In this document: positions 48,101 through 58,149 of the stretch, in pieces | Layout: each line of letters starts with the position of its first letter | How positions within the stretch are numbered: the first letter of the stretch is position 1 | Source of the DNA: Phoronis australis | Taxonomy: Eukaryota; Animalia; Phoronida | Direction of reading: 5' to 3' | DNA length: 64,000 nt | Assembly: GCA_002633005.1 (NCBI GenBank) | Contig: NMRA01000331.1 | Coordinates: forward strand, 1 to 64,000 | Notes under the pieces: model-generated | What the model was told of the DNA's origin: nothing | Database searches by the model: none | The model's input: only the letters and a program-made list of their open reading frames with translations | Position numbers and translations under genes: made by a program

Positions 48101-49678
48101 TTCTCTGGCCTGATTTTTTCGAATATATGTTTTATCTAGTGCACTGCAGACGGAAGCTCAGCGCGGCAGACAAAGTCGCTGAAAGCAGAAGTTTTGACGC
48201 CGGCGGCGTTCTTAAACTTTGCAAACAAGTGAAGAAAATAAAGTGACAAAAAGGTTCAAGTATTATATTTTGAAGTGAGTTCATGACCCAAGACAATAAC
48301 TCGTTACCTGTATTGTAATTCAGATTGCTAAACCACCGTCTCGGAGTCCCGGCGTCGTTGCACTCATTGTGATCATCGATCTTTTTCTAAAAGTCGGGGA
48401 ATCGCGCGTTTCCTTAGCACTAGGCGCTAAATCTTCAATTCTTTAAAAGTCGGGGATGGGCGCTTAACCGAGAGATGGGCGCTTAACTGGAAATCTTCAA
48501 AAATCGCAGGGGGGCGCTTAACCGAGCAGTGGGCGGTTAAATCGAAAATCCACTTATAGTTGGGGATGGGCGGTTAACTGAGCATGGGCGTTAACCCGAA
48601 CGATTACGGTAATTATCCTTCTCAGATGTTATCAAGTCTAAGGAACAAAGCCATTCAATGTGACATAAACAGGACACCCACACAAACGTACGGTACTTAT
48701 GGCGTAAAATGTCAATATTATACACTTTTGCATGGTAAAGCTACTCAGCAGTGCTAAAACATCACATTAATTTTGTTTATTCTACACTGACGTAGAACTG
48801 GATATTCAAAAACAAAATTTGATATTTCAACTTTTACTGGCTACCGTCATACTATTATGTTTACTGGTACTGTGTTGTTATCTTTTCATTGTAACTATAT
48901 GCAAATACGCACGTCGGTTGAAATAAATGTCTCATGGCGGGACCAAATGATGCTGTCAATTTGACTAACCATTTCCCACTGCTGACGAAAACGTTTTCTG
49001 ACCTTACGCGCCGCTTATGAATTACTGGCTCACGAACGTTGAAAAATCAAAAATGCACAGTCCAGCTGCCGTCTCACTATGGTGAATTTGGCGCGTGCAT
49101 GAAAATATTCTTCGGTATTTTGAGTGTATGAACAATTTTTCTAAAATTCATCAGTCGATTCTCATTCTTTTCACAATTTTGTTATCATACTGAGAACTAC
49201 CTAAGTATGACAGAGCTGAAAGAAAATATGATAAACGGTGGATTTGCAAAACCAGCAGTGAATTTACAACATGACAATGTGTTTCATGAAACAAAAAACA
49301 ACGCTTCTCTCTCAGTTCACATTGAATACGAAAATGTAATAATAGGACCAATAAAACGCACGACTCTATCGCAGCAAACTTGTTCTCAGAACGTCCGCTC
49401 AAGTCTGAACATCTCAGCTGGGCATAAAAAGAACTTGAATACAACGCGTTCCACTCAAGCTTTGTCAGATTGTACAACACCGGTTCCCACTTTTTCCCGT
49501 TTTCGATGTCATGCTGAGAGCTCCATTGACCTATAAGAGTGCACTACAAGTGACCAATGAACTCACCTGCTAAATAAATCAATATTGAAAAAGACGTATT
49601 CTCCATTAGTGAAATTGAGCTCTAGAGCCTTCAGCATAATCTCGCGCACAGAGTCGGGGGAAGCACACAGAACCACGA
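5857..49678 (-). CDS. NPR1-like: Receptor guanylyl cyclase, natriuretic peptide receptor (NPR1/NPR2)-like; partial, 13 internal exons, 1560 nt. 5' exons and cyclase-domain exons not found in the window
   Basis: Manual splicing of 49567-49678, 31357-31549, 28400-28535, 27843-27934, 18170-18311, 17485-17569, 17035-17155, 15074-15172, 12448-12525, 11864-11968, 10879-10950, 10524-10692, 5857-6012. All junctions GT-AG with matching phases and one open frame. Motifs: [46 protein letters not shown] helix, [45 protein letters not shown]. Confidence 0.95.
6762..6833 (+). pseudogene. tRNA-derived sequence (SINE head or tRNA pseudogene)
   Basis: A-box TGGTGTAGTGG (6769-6779) and B-box GGTTCGAATCC (6812-6822) at tRNA-like spacing; anticodon and acceptor stems do not pair convincingly. 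Confidence 0.6.
7520..7915 (-). mobile_element. Penelope-like retroelement fragment (linker + GIY-YIG endonuclease), partly tandem-duplicated
   Basis: Minus frame reads [48 protein letters not shown], matching the VVY..C.C...YIG.T.R.L GIY-YIG motif. Duplication with 165-bp period at 7578-7899. Confidence 0.8.
8230..9125 (+). mobile_element. Degenerate Ty3/Gypsy pol fragment in Gmr1-like order (integrase HHCC, then RT, then RNase H)
   Basis: [32 protein letters not shown] (~8270-8370); [37 protein letters not shown] (~8530-8640); [17 protein letters not shown] (~8805-8860). Frameshifts and stops present. Confidence 0.85.
9137..9207. repeat. (GT)n / (GTGTGC)n microsatellite
   Basis: Direct reading. 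Confidence 0.95.
9212..10280 (+). mobile_element. Probable 3' LTR of the Gypsy remnant, interrupted by a SINE
   Basis: Follows RNase H; AGAACATTCTA repeats; AATAAA near 10209; ends ...GGTTACA at 10280. 5' boundary uncertain. A related reversed fragment lies at ~28860-29040. Confidence 0.5.
9672..9909 (-). mobile_element. tRNA-derived SINE with 13-bp TSD
   Basis: Minus-strand head GAGGCAGTGTGGCCTGGTTG...GGTTCAAGTCCC. TSD GTTAGAAAGTTAT at 9659-9671 and 9910-9922. Second copy at ~55318-55452. Confidence 0.85.
10524..10692 (-). CDS. NPR1-like: NPR-like exon: [56 protein letters not shown]
   Basis: 169 bp, ttttag / gtaaga; receptor-GC pseudokinase HGNLKSSN motif and DFG. Confidence 0.97.
10879..10950 (-). 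CDS. NPR1-like: NPR-like exon: [24 protein letters not shown]
   Basis: 72 bp, tttcag / gtaagt, phase 0/0. Confidence 0.96.
11864..11968 (-). CDS. NPR1-like: NPR-like exon: [35 protein letters not shown]
   Basis: 105 bp, ttttag / gtaaga, phase 0/0. Confidence 0.96.
12448..12525 (-). CDS. NPR1-like: NPR-like exon: [26 protein letters not shown]
   Basis: 78 bp, ttatag / gtgaga; VAIK motif. Confidence 0.93.
13180..14170. repeat. Diverged tandem array (~110-125 bp units) with locally inverted segments
   Basis: Recurrent GGCTCACAACTTGA...CATTTCAACTAATTCAACTATTCCCACTAATCG...CCACCTGCAGG...CTGATAACAA. Reverse-complement pieces at ~13850-13920 and ~14120-14160. Confidence 0.85.
15074..15172 (-). CDS. 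NPR1-like: NPR-like exon: [33 protein letters not shown]
   Basis: 99 bp, tttcag / gtagat, phase 0/0; [10 protein letters not shown] matches the start of the kinase-homology domain. Confidence 0.92.
15676..16745. mobile_element. Kolobok-type non-autonomous DNA transposon (TTAA TSD), possible THAP remnant
   Basis: TTAA|AGGAGAATGCCACCC (15672-15690) and GGGTGGCATGCTCCT|TTAA (16731-16749), a 14/15 TIR match. Internal [21 protein letters not shown] is THAP-like. Confidence 0.85.
17035..17155 (-). CDS. NPR1-like: NPR-like exon: (R)[40 protein letters not shown]
   Basis: 121 bp, ttgcag / gtaagt; KLE.EL..M.WRI.W and GSRLSL motifs. Confidence 0.96.
17485..17569 (-). CDS. NPR1-like: NPR-like transmembrane exon: (D)[27 protein letters not shown](R)
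   Basis: 85 bp, tttcag / gtaacg; hydrophobic helix. Confidence 0.95.
18170..18311 (-). CDS. NPR1-like: NPR-like exon: [47 protein letters not shown]
   Basis: 142 bp, atgtag / gtgatt; PP.D.P.CGF...CP juxtamembrane motif. Confidence 0.96.
19060..19645. repeat. AT-rich tandem repeat, ~3.5 units of 161-188 bp
   Basis: CGCYATTAT...AAATTCT anchors at ~19077, 19238, 19426, 19607. Confidence 0.85.
21960..22625. mobile_element. MITE-like insert with inverted subterminal ATGTTCCC / GGGAACAT repeats, nested in Academ
   Basis: Pyrimidine-rich repeats at 21965-22110 mirror purine-rich repeats at 22485-22620. Confidence 0.55.
22657..23902 (+). mobile_element. Helentron-associated interspersed element (HINE/DINE-1/pearl-like) nested in Academ
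   Basis: 5' AACCAAGAGCAAC..., eight ~140-bp core repeats, (GACG)n microsatellite at 23820-23851, 3' hairpin ATGCGCCCACATAT-AA-ATATGTGGGCACAT (23871-23900), then an A-run. Confidence 0.8.
24120..25170 (+). pseudogene. Academ transposase pseudogene
   Basis: CIFFRK...SLRQAA...[13 protein letters not shown]; [15 protein letters not shown]; [18 protein letters not shown]...LETEFAYSI; SVWDNND. Many stops and frameshifts. Family assignment is by motif recognition. Confidence 0.75.
25520..26430. repeat. Subterminal tandem repeats (~230-250 bp) of the Academ right arm
   Basis: GGGGCTAACCCACCACTAGA..GTCTGGCAGTG at ~25558, 25792 and 26250, with intervening GATCTAGCTCAA blocks. Confidence 0.75.
27843..27934 (-). 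CDS. NPR1-like: NPR-like exon: (G)[30 protein letters not shown]
   Basis: 92 bp, atacag / gtaagt. Confidence 0.96.
28400..28535 (-). CDS. NPR1-like: NPR-like exon: [45 protein letters not shown](G)
   Basis: 136 bp, taccag / gtattt. Confidence 0.96.
30560..30865 (-). pseudogene. Degenerate Cys-rich ORF resembling Kolobok KolX / P2X7-ballast-like proteins
   Basis: [51 protein letters not shown] resembles Y.FEP...R.G..WC.C..C..M.T..E..CC. Frameshifted and stopped; element ends not found. Confidence 0.5.
31357..31549 (-). CDS. NPR1-like: NPR-like exon: (S)[64 protein letters not shown]
   Basis: 193 bp, ttgtag / gtattt; phase 2 start completes AG|T from the 49567 exon. Confidence 0.95.
31618..32045. 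mobile_element. ~430-bp fold-back MITE
   Basis: AAATAAGGATTGTTAC...GGTTATATTTGAGA vs TCTCAAATATAACC...GTAACAATCCCTATTT. Arms pair to a centre near 31835. Confidence 0.88.
33005..33117. mobile_element. 113-bp MITE with 5-bp TSD (TCCCG)
   Basis: CATGGGCGGTGCACCA ... TGCTGCGCCGCCCATG; TCCCG at 33000-33004 and 33118-33122. Confidence 0.8.
33660..34082 (+). mobile_element. CR1/L2-type LINE reverse transcriptase fragment
   Basis: [15 protein letters not shown]...PQGSVLG...[10 protein letters not shown]...[20 protein letters not shown]...[14 protein letters not shown]. Confidence 0.9.
34147..36720 (+). mobile_element. 5' part of a Gypsy (Gmr1-like, SCAN-type gag) LTR retrotransposon: LTR 34147-35041, tRNA-Pro-like PBS, degenerate gag and protease, 3'-truncated
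   Basis: LTR TGTCAGAAT...TTTAACA. PBS CGGTGGCTAGTCCGGGA (35044-35060) matches the tRNA-Pro complement TGGGGGCTCGTCCGGGA at 14/17. Gag motifs [38 protein letters not shown]. Protease-like remnant near 36630-36715. Confidence 0.88.
39384..43682 (-). mobile_element. Solo LTR (same family as 34147-35041) split by a 3.4-kb insertion
   Basis: TGTCAGAA...TTCTGACA termini; TSD CTGAC at 39379-39383 and 43683-43687. 43139-43682 aligns in reverse to 34147-34719, and 39384-39697 to 34733-35041. Confidence 0.92.
39698..43138. mobile_element. Non-coding DNA-transposon-like insertion with CAATGAG...CTCATTG termini (P-like)
   Basis: Defined by precise interruption of the solo LTR. 7-bp perfect inverted termini, followed by GTTGAA in both ends. 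No TSD and no transposase seen. Confidence 0.6.
45031..46725 (+). mobile_element. HINE-like element(s), same family as 22657-23902
   Basis: AAGAGCAAC...GCGTTGATATGCG 5' end, CACTAGGTGGCG core repeats, GAGCAGCGGACGCC...GGACGG at ~45940-45965. Ends approximate. Confidence 0.65.
46963..47102. repeat. ~140-bp fold-back palindrome
   Basis: AATCCTAC...ATGACACGGGCAAA...GGAAATTTCGTCAAAATCCC / GGGATTTTGACGCAATTTCC...TTTGTCCGTGTCAT...GTAGGATT around the loop TCGGCAACCCTC. Confidence 0.85.
48450..48609. mobile_element. Right end of Tc2/pogo-like MITE (family of 878-1035)
   Basis: Six GGGCG(C/G)TTAA repeats ending GGGCGTTAACCCGAACGATTACGG|TA. Confidence 0.6.
49567..49678 (-). CDS. NPR1-like: NPR-like ligand-binding-domain exon: [36 protein letters not shown]
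   Basis: 112 bp, tttcag / gtgagt, phase 1/2. Absent from the ORF track. Confidence 0.96.
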
Positions 49679-50202
49679 CTGAAAAATAGAAAGAAAAAAA
49701 TCACATTAAATCCGAACTGATTTTGGAACTGTCCAATCATTCGATTGCCAGCTCAGAGTCGCTGCCACCGCTAGTTTACCGTCAAAAAGCATGTTAATGA
49801 ACATTACATGGTTTGGGATATCCGAGGCAGTAATCTCAAAGCGTAAGTCTACGTAGGCTTTAAAGGTTATATAGGACCGTAGAAAATTTTCAACTTATTC
49901 CCACCATAGTATGTCATCACAATATAATCAACACATGTTTGCCATAAACCCATTCATTCAGGGAAAAAACTCATCAACTTTGATCACGAAGATGCTAAAA
50001 GAACCATGAGAGCCCATATGTCATTGAATTTTACAAATTCGGTTTTCGATAAAATATTTTTTCAACATTGTAATATTCGTAAACTTCTGTTCTCAGAAGT
50101 TTGATACACGGAAACATTTCTCTAATCTCCGATAGTAAATGTGACATTTGCCGAGAACTAGTATTAATTTTAAAACATGAAAAGTCTTAAAAGCTTTCCA
50201 AG

Positions 50203-51415
50203 AAGAGCAATGTTGGGGCGTTGACATGCGCCCACGGCGGATTGCATACGATATGTTTCAAAGGGCCACTAGGAGGTGTTGTAGTAGCCAAATCAGCCCG
50301 AAAATAAAATGGTACCGGCACACTGTCATCATATACTGCTGAGTAAAATTTCGTTGAAATCTGTTAATCAGTTCTATAGGTGAAATTCAAATGTGCTCTT
50401 CACCTAAATAAAACTTGAAAAGAACCTTCACGAGAATAAAATGGTGCCACCATACGGTCATCATACATAACTATGTAAAGTTTCATTGAAATCAATCAAT
50501 CGCTTCTCTAGACACCATCCAGAAACACTTCCCCCAAACAACAGATGACAAGCTCCTTGTCAAAATCCTATAGTGGACTAATCCTTCATTAAAACGAAAG
50601 GTTCGGCGCATTGATTTCACAGATGTCTGTGGAGTAAAGTTCTGTTTTAGATTTATTTATTTATTTATTTATTAATGTGATATTTACAGTGAGGGTAGCC
50701 CCATCAATTCACACTGCTTTCCATGGGTGCCCTCAGTAAAAGCATACAAACACACTAAGACAAACTAACAGAATTACAAGATGAAAGACAAGATTTAAAA
50801 AATCATTGATAAAATAGAAATTAACATGGAAAGACTGATGAAACAGAATAAATGATCAAAAACAATAAATAAAAGATGCTAAAAGTAAGAAAACATCCAT
50901 CTATCCCAAACAAAACATGAAAACCCCTTGAGAGCAAATTGGCCACTAGGAGGTGCAGCAGTAGTCGATTCGCCTAGAAATTTAATGTTGTCGCCGCATT
51001 GTCATCACGAAGCCGTGTCAACTTATATCGAAATTAATCTCTCAGTTCACTGCAATAATCGAGAAACGCTCTCACACAAAGTGGCCACTAGGAGGCACTA
51101 CAGTGGCCGAATCCGCCTGAAAATTTATCGTGCCAGCGCATTGATGTCACACACGTTTGTGTCAAGTATCATTGAAATCCGTCAATCCGTTCTCTAGATA
51201 TCATCCGAAAACACTCTTCCCCAAAAATACAGAAAATGCCACCCCCCCCCTTGACGGTAGGCGGCGGGGCAGATTGAAAAGTGACACGAACCGTTCTAGT
51301 GGTGCCATACATCCTTATGCCAAATTTTGTCAAAATCCGGCAAGGGGTTCTTGAGATATCGAGTATCTCACAATGAAACAAAACACTGATAGGAAACCTT
51401 TAACGATTACCACCA
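50203..51415 (+). mobile_element. HINE-like element interrupted by a LINE tail
   Basis: AAGAGCAATG...GCGTTGACATGCGCCC 5' end; CCACTAGGAGG cores at 50266, 50943 and 51085. Confidence 0.6.
50651..50880 (-). mobile_element. L2/CR1-like 3' tail
   Basis: Minus strand GAGGGCACCCATGGAAAGCAG...GGGGCTACCCTC stem-loop followed by (AAAT)n. Confidence 0.55.
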
Positions 51416-54400
51416 ACTCGACCGGAAGCGAATCAGCTTCACGAACTTATTTAAAGTGGTCTTTTTATTTTATTGAAGGCGTGCAACAATGTAATAACAA
51501 GCCATTATGAAAAACATGTCTAGTGGAAATCAACCTCATACCCTTTGTGATTTATTGATTGGATTATTTTGGATCAACATGCAAAGAGAGTGTGATAGAA
51601 ACGTGACCTTCAGCAATAGCGTAGAGGATTCACAAAAGCGGGGAGTGGGTCACCAGAGCCCCTTAAAAATAACCAACTACATGTATAACTATTTAGGCTT
51701 GAAGCCAATATAAACCATGTTGTTGCTTAACAAACGAAGCCGGAAGTTTCCGCGCCAAGCCAGACGACACCTATATTACAACGACAGGTACATTTTTAGC
51801 ATACTTTCAATTTTCTGCAGTTTCAGGTTGTCAAAGTTAACCTTCCAAGCCTGATCCAAATTACCCGACTTCAGAAACTTTTGCGATCGTGATAAAAATG
51901 TTGATAATCCAAACACGAAATGGGTTGATGTTTTGAAAATTAAAAGGGGTCTGAGACAAGTGCTGATAAAAATGTGACCGGACCCTCGTTTCTTCGGAGT
52001 TTTGACGTTAAACGTCATAAAATACGATTATTATCTTATCTTTAACCTTAGTATCTGCGGCCATCTCGGCCCCTATCTTTGGTTCTGAAACGGGAAAACC
52101 TGGTTTTACATAGATCAATAAAATGCTGTCACATCAGTTTTTGTGTACTGAAAATGGTCAGATTCATCCCCAAGACTCACATTCCAGCGTCAGAAAGTCG
52201 TGTGAACCTTTGATTCAGGGCATCTTTACGATGATTTCCATTAACTGTCAACTCCAGTCTTATTTTCTAGCACGCTACTCACGGGAAACTAGGCGCAAGA
52301 AAGGAAAACAAAGGTAGCGTTCCATGGGCGATAACAATGCGACGCACTTATGCCCGTAGCATGGATGTCGCAAGTTAAACAATAGCTTGAGACCTCCATA
52401 CGACGTCATTTGGCATGGGTAGCATTAAGTTTGCTTACTATTCGGTAAAACAAAGTTGGTGACCTATTGATCTATCTTAGAGTTCCCACCACGCATTTTC
52501 TTCGTTTTCGAGGTTTCAGTTAGCTAATATGAAATGAATACCATAAAATCTAACTAAATATACACTTCTTATATGAAATAGTGATTTTTTTAATTTTGAA
52601 AAAATAGTTATTTCGAAGTTTCCCGCATAATGATGTAATGGGTGAAAGATGTCTGGTCACGTGACCATCAATGGCAAAAGAGGAACCCATCTTGGCTTGT
52701 TTCTTAGTAACAAGTATACTACAGGTGATTAAATCTCTCTATGTAACGCATGTGTTTCATCTTGACTCGTACTTGCTTGAATAAATTTTGGAAAGTGATG
52801 GTATGGACGAACACAAAAAACTGAAAATCGTGTCACAAGACCACAAGTTAGATCGCACGTGTAATCAAAAATTAATGTATTAAACGAAAAATTTAGCTAG
52901 ATCCTTAATTTAGCCAGGTTTCAATTGATCAAAAAATTATTCAACCATAGAATGATATCATGACACCAGACTAAAACGAGGTTCTTTGATAAAATATGCA
53001 CGGCATTAAGTTTACATCAAGGATATCCCACATGCATAGGAATACTGCTGCCGTATCCTATCTCTTATACATTTATCCCATATATATGAACTCATTTGCA
53101 TCGCGGCGATAACTTATTGCCGTGTGCTTTGGCTTGTTGTTATGTGACATATATATGCCAAGCCTACCCGCGCCGGTTAAGCCACAAGATAGCTCGTGAT
53201 GTTTAATAACAAGTAAAAGTTTATCAGAATTTTCAGTTTGTGAAACAATGAATCATTCAATAATATTAAAAGTTCTACGGGAACTTAGAAGCAATCCATC
53301 CGGGAACAGAAAAATTGAAACATTAACTGAACAGTTGTGCGTGCAGCAGAGTGTCGTCTTAGCTTCGATAAATTTCTTAGTTTCCTAGGTATATTTTTGT
53401 GCCTTAGCACCTCGAAATAGTAATGGAAATATGTCCACGTGTTGATCACAACACTGGAAAACAACGGTGGAAACTGTAATGATATGCAGAACTTGAGGTA
53501 AGGACTGTATAGCAACGAGTAAATACATGTATTACGCTCACCAGCGAAGGAGAGTTGAGAATCGCTGCGAACAGATGATTGTGTTGGTTAAAAAACACAT
53601 ATTCGATATCAGATGGCAATTTCCTGTAAATGTCTTAGTTTCATTGCAGATATCCGTATGCATGCACAATAAAATGTTCCCGTATGATTTGAATTATATT
53701 TTTTCTGATTTTGTTGGAGACGCTACTTGCTAGGCAATTGACCCACTTATTAAAACCCAGATTAAAACAAGCGAGTCCTAAAACTCGCTTGATCATCGTG
53801 CGTCATAATTTTCATCGCAGAACTATAGTATAATACCTTTTAGAACAGTAAAATTGCTTTTTCAGGAACGACCCCTTGAATCAATGTTTAGGTAACCCAA
53901 ATGAACGAGACCAATCAAATGTGGCGCCGTACACGCGAATTAATTCAACATAGGAGAGTGCACACCAAACGTGAAATCCGACTTCTGCTGTTGTATACGA
54001 CCTCTACCGTTGTATACGGATTGGCTCGACTTTCCTGTATTTCACAGCAAATAACGTGACTATACAATACCCGTATTTTCACATATATGGGATAAACATG
54101 CAAATGTCACGATCCTAGTTTACGAAAGGTCACATAACTAAAACAGGCGTATATTGTGTCTTCGTACCAGTGCCATGTTCGCAGTCACATTCTTGCCACC
54201 ATTTTAAAACGACGGCGACACGACGTTTACTAGGCCCATAGACAATTCAGAATATTCGTTTCAGTAGAGATAACTCAGGTACGAAAATAGCGCATTGATA
54301 CTACCATAGAACTCTAGGCCTGGAATTCCAACTCCGATTTCGCGGTCGCTGAGGTTGCATGCATGAGAGTTTTTTGCATTCGCTTGTTCGGGTGTGTGTG

Positions 54401-54959
54401 TGTGCTTGCTACGGAATTTACTGTTATCAAAACTTTTTGCAACTTCGCCGTTTTTCAACTGAATTGCATAAGAACCCTATCATTACAAAGCCCTTTGTCA
54501 GTTTTTGATGATTATACCGGAAGCAAAAGATAAATAGTTTAATTGATAAGTAATTATCATTTCGCACACTGGTTTAATTTTTTTATTAAAAAACTAAGAG
54601 TGTTACCAAAATGCAAAAAATAATAGCGTGTACAGGAACCATAAAAAAGGAAACGAACCAGAGAGGTTATATAAATGGTTAGTTAACCAAATAGGGAAAT
54701 AAAGTGTCAATAATTCCAAGGATTTCTACCCAATAAATACAAAGGTTTTAGAATATGGACCCCTCACACTTGCTGAGGATAATTTAGTCAGGCATTCATT
54801 CATAACTATGAATCGTTATATATTATAATTAATTGGACCTTTGGTGCCGCTTAATACATTCTTTAGTAAAAATTCAAAATGCAGTGACATTTACGAAAAA
54901 ATGCGATAAACTACTCCAAGAATCTATACGAAATTTGCAGATAAAGGTTTTCTAATAGA

Positions 54960-55185
54960 TAAAAATGGACAATCGTCTATCACTTAGCTTTGAAAAGTAC
55001 TGTGGATAGCCTAATACTTTATTTGCAGTTTAGGACTTTCCATAAAAGTTCAGAAATAAACTCTTTTCTTCAGAAAGTAGAAGTTAGTGATCTTGATACA
55101 TGAAGTGTATGATACCGTAAACAAGAGACACTAGAACACATTTTTACGATTGTTATGTTACTAAAGAAAGTGGATTCTGGAAAAT
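54960..55185 (+). mobile_element. L1/Tx1 LINE ORF2 C-terminal (zf-RVT) remnant
   Basis: STVDSLILYLQFRTFHK...INSFLQKVEVSDLDT...QETLEHIF (frameshift) YDCYVTK. Confidence 0.65.
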
Positions 55186-55317
55186 AACAATATTCATAAA
55201 AAGAGACGATGTTAATTTGAACATCTGTTTCGAAGAACGAAAAAACGGAACAACTGGATTGAAAAGCGGGACTTCAGGATAAAAACCGCTTGTCACCAAG
55301 AATCGTGTTTACACAGT

Positions 55318-55452
55318 TAAAACTGAGCCGAGGACCTTGATACCCGACTCAAAAGCCTAGCAGAGTGCCCCGGAGTGACTTGAACCCACGACCATGAATT
55401 TGAATAAAGGAAGCAGAGTCACTTATCACACTTAAGGCCACACTGTCTCCTC
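55318..55452 (-). mobile_element. tRNA-derived SINE, same family as 9672-9909
   Basis: Shares GACTTGAACCCACGACC, AGGCCACACTG(T/C)CTCCTC and AAAAC(T/C)GAGC(C/T)GAGGA blocks. Confidence 0.75.
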
Positions 55453-56369
55453 AAAGACTGGAGGGGATCCATAACTAATTTCTTCAGTTATTCCTTCAAA
55501 ATGACTTAGCCTCATTCAATGACAGATCCATAGATCCGAAAACTATTCCAGCCCATAAAGGGTGGCCGACTCAAATACGAAGAAAATGTGCGAAAAAAAG
55601 TTACTCTACCCGACAAACATTTTCGAAATTTGTTAATTTCATCACTTATGATTGTGAATTTACACTTCTTACTTTGTAGAAATGTTATCATAAAACAATG
55701 CAATCATGTTAAGTAACATTGAAAAAACACTTTGAAATCGTAACCTTTACCTTTAACTCGTAAGGTGGTTCAAAATTTAACGGGTTGCAGGTCACTAAAG
55801 GTCACGCCCTGGGTCTAGCAAGCGTTTCAAAACACTATTATAGTAAAACATAGCTTAAATTTATACTGTATGTCACCTACTAGAGCAATTAACGAGTGTC
55901 TGACTTTATACTTCAAGAAATGATCGTTAACCTGTTTTTGTGACATAAACAAAGCTACGGCATGTACGAGCATGTAAACATCATGTCAGGCAGATATTCA
56001 GTGTTGGTGCGAATAAACACTGTTTGTAAAAACATCTGCTGGAATTTTTTAACTTATTATTACGTGTCTACGTAGATCGTTAAAAAGGTATAGTTGGTAA
56101 GTCTCTGGCGATCAAGGAGTCACATATACCACACCTCATATTTCTTTTAACACATTATAGTTAGCAAAAATTAAGAATTGTTTTTCGACAACTTCAACTG
56201 ATTTCAATTACGTGTAGCACATAACTTAATCGGTCATTTCCAGACTTTTTGATTTGTCACGCTTTTAGCAGTTCTGAACACGGGTATCCTGTTGTACGCA
56301 CCTAATTCATGCTCATGGTCTATTTTTCTTCAAACAATGAAATATCGGCCGTGTTAATAATAGCATTGA

Positions 56370-56430
56370 TAATAGTAGTGGTGGTGGTGGTGGTGGTGGT
56401 GGTGGCGGCGGTGGTGGCGGCGGTGGTGGT
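56370..56430. repeat. (GGT)n/(GGC)n microsatellite; GA-rich tract follows at 56560-56615
   Basis: Direct reading. Confidence 0.9.
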
Positions 56431-57354
56431 ATCTAATGGGCATCTCCCGTACACACCTATATTCGACAGACAGTTGATAAGATATCACTTCCGTTGCTTT
56501 ATGAATACACGTATTCAGAGCAAGCCAGGATCCTTGTTTTTCAAAATGTACTCGGCGCTGGAGGAGGGCGAGAGAGGGGGAGAGATAGAGAGAGGGGGGT
56601 GAGAGGGAGAGAGAGTGTGACATTTTAATTCACATTAGACATAATACAATGCTTAATAAATAGTAAATTAAATTATGAGACCTGAAGATTTCCCATTGCT
56701 ATCAAAGAAGGTCACTTTTACAAAAATAAACAAGTGAAGTAGCGCTAACGACCAGGAAGTGGACTGACACAGTTCTGAGGTCTTCGGAATATTAGACATC
56801 ATTACATATGAAGCAGTTGGAAATATGACAAATCGGACCGTAGTTGTTAATTATGAAATGTCTTAAAACTTGTAGAATGCCTGAAGAGACTGGGTTTTTA
56901 TTCTATTTAGAGCAGAGATTGGTATTTCGAAGCTCTTAATGGCAATTTGTTCGACAGGGGAATTAAAATTTTGGCTTGTGTAGTTATAACACTGCAGAAT
57001 ATCAGTTCAAGAACGCAGGAGTTCTAATGCTCCTGATTGGTTTATATTGGATCGGTCTAATACAGAGGTTGTTTGTGCAAAAATACTTAGGTAGGTTTTT
57101 TAACCAATCGCATACAATAATCGGTTTCATTGCGTGAGACGGTGCACTGATATAGGCTAAAAGTTTTTGTTTAAATTAAGATTGAGACTTTTTTAAACAA
57201 ACTACAAAACATATCGCCAAACGTTCTGCCCTTGACACAGTAAATCGTGGACAGCCAGAAACCCTAGCCATAACTTGCTATTAACGAAGACACAATGAAA
57301 TAAAAACATGACCCAACATTATACATGAACATTCGGTCGCCAAATCAGTTGTAA

Positions 57355-57548
57355 ACCCACGTTATTAGCCTGACATGGGCAAAACAACCGTTAAATAATC
57401 CATTTCATTATTCAACGCGTGTTGAATAACATTTTCGAAGGAACCCGAGGCCGGATTCGAACCCGCCAAAATGCTATTCAACACGTGTTGAATAATTAAA
57501 TGGGTACTTTAACAGTTGTATTGATCATGTCAGGCTGACAATGTGGTA
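57355..57548. repeat. ~190-bp fold-back with nested 20-bp palindromes and a B-box in the loop
   Basis: AGCCTGACATG (57367) / CATGTCAGGCT (57526); TATTCAAC(G/A)CGTGTTGAATA at 57409 and 57475; loop CCGAGGCCGGATTCGAACCC. Confidence 0.88.
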
Positions 57549-58149
57549 CAAACAATACGTATGTACATCCGTACCCTGGCTTAGATATGAACGCATGGTA
57601 AATATTCGTAACGCCTGCAGTAAGCCCTCATTTCATATGTTTTTGCCTGGTAAAAGAACAGATAAACGAGCAAAAAAACACTTTATCGCTCACAGCACAC
57701 AACACCTGAGGTGACGAGACTCATTCTGACACATTGACTAACTGCGCACATACGTAAGCTCAATATTATTTGTTATTCAACTGATCAACGACATCACAGA
57801 GGTAATTTGCCGGCATCTTGGATTTTCCATAGTCGCCGACGGAATCTCATTTTTTATTTACGTTTTGGTTGGCTGTTCCACTAAAAAATCGTAGCATTTG
57901 TGTGAATGGTGTCAATTCAGGGCACACATACGTTTGGGAAAAGGGTCGATTTATTAAATGCGTATTTTACGTCCCGATATTGACCAATGTCAGATAAAGA
58001 TGGAATCTAGATTCCTTTATTGTATTTATGAAATTTGTGTATAGATTTCTCAGTTGCTCCAACCACCCATCCTCCTTTAGTATTGCGCGTTACAGTTAGA
58101 CCAAAAATTTCATTCAATCACTGTTGCGTGCTTCAGTTTTCTAATACCT

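Noticed and set aside
878-48609. Matching inverted termini at 878 and 48609 as one 48-kb macro-transposon carrying 12 NPR exons
   Set aside because: Internal repeats at both sites have the same polarity, which fits two separate short MITE copies, and the gene continues in frame beyond 48609.
56309-56623. Poly-Val membrane-like and poly-His ORFs
   Set aside because: Both derive from the (GGT)n microsatellite.
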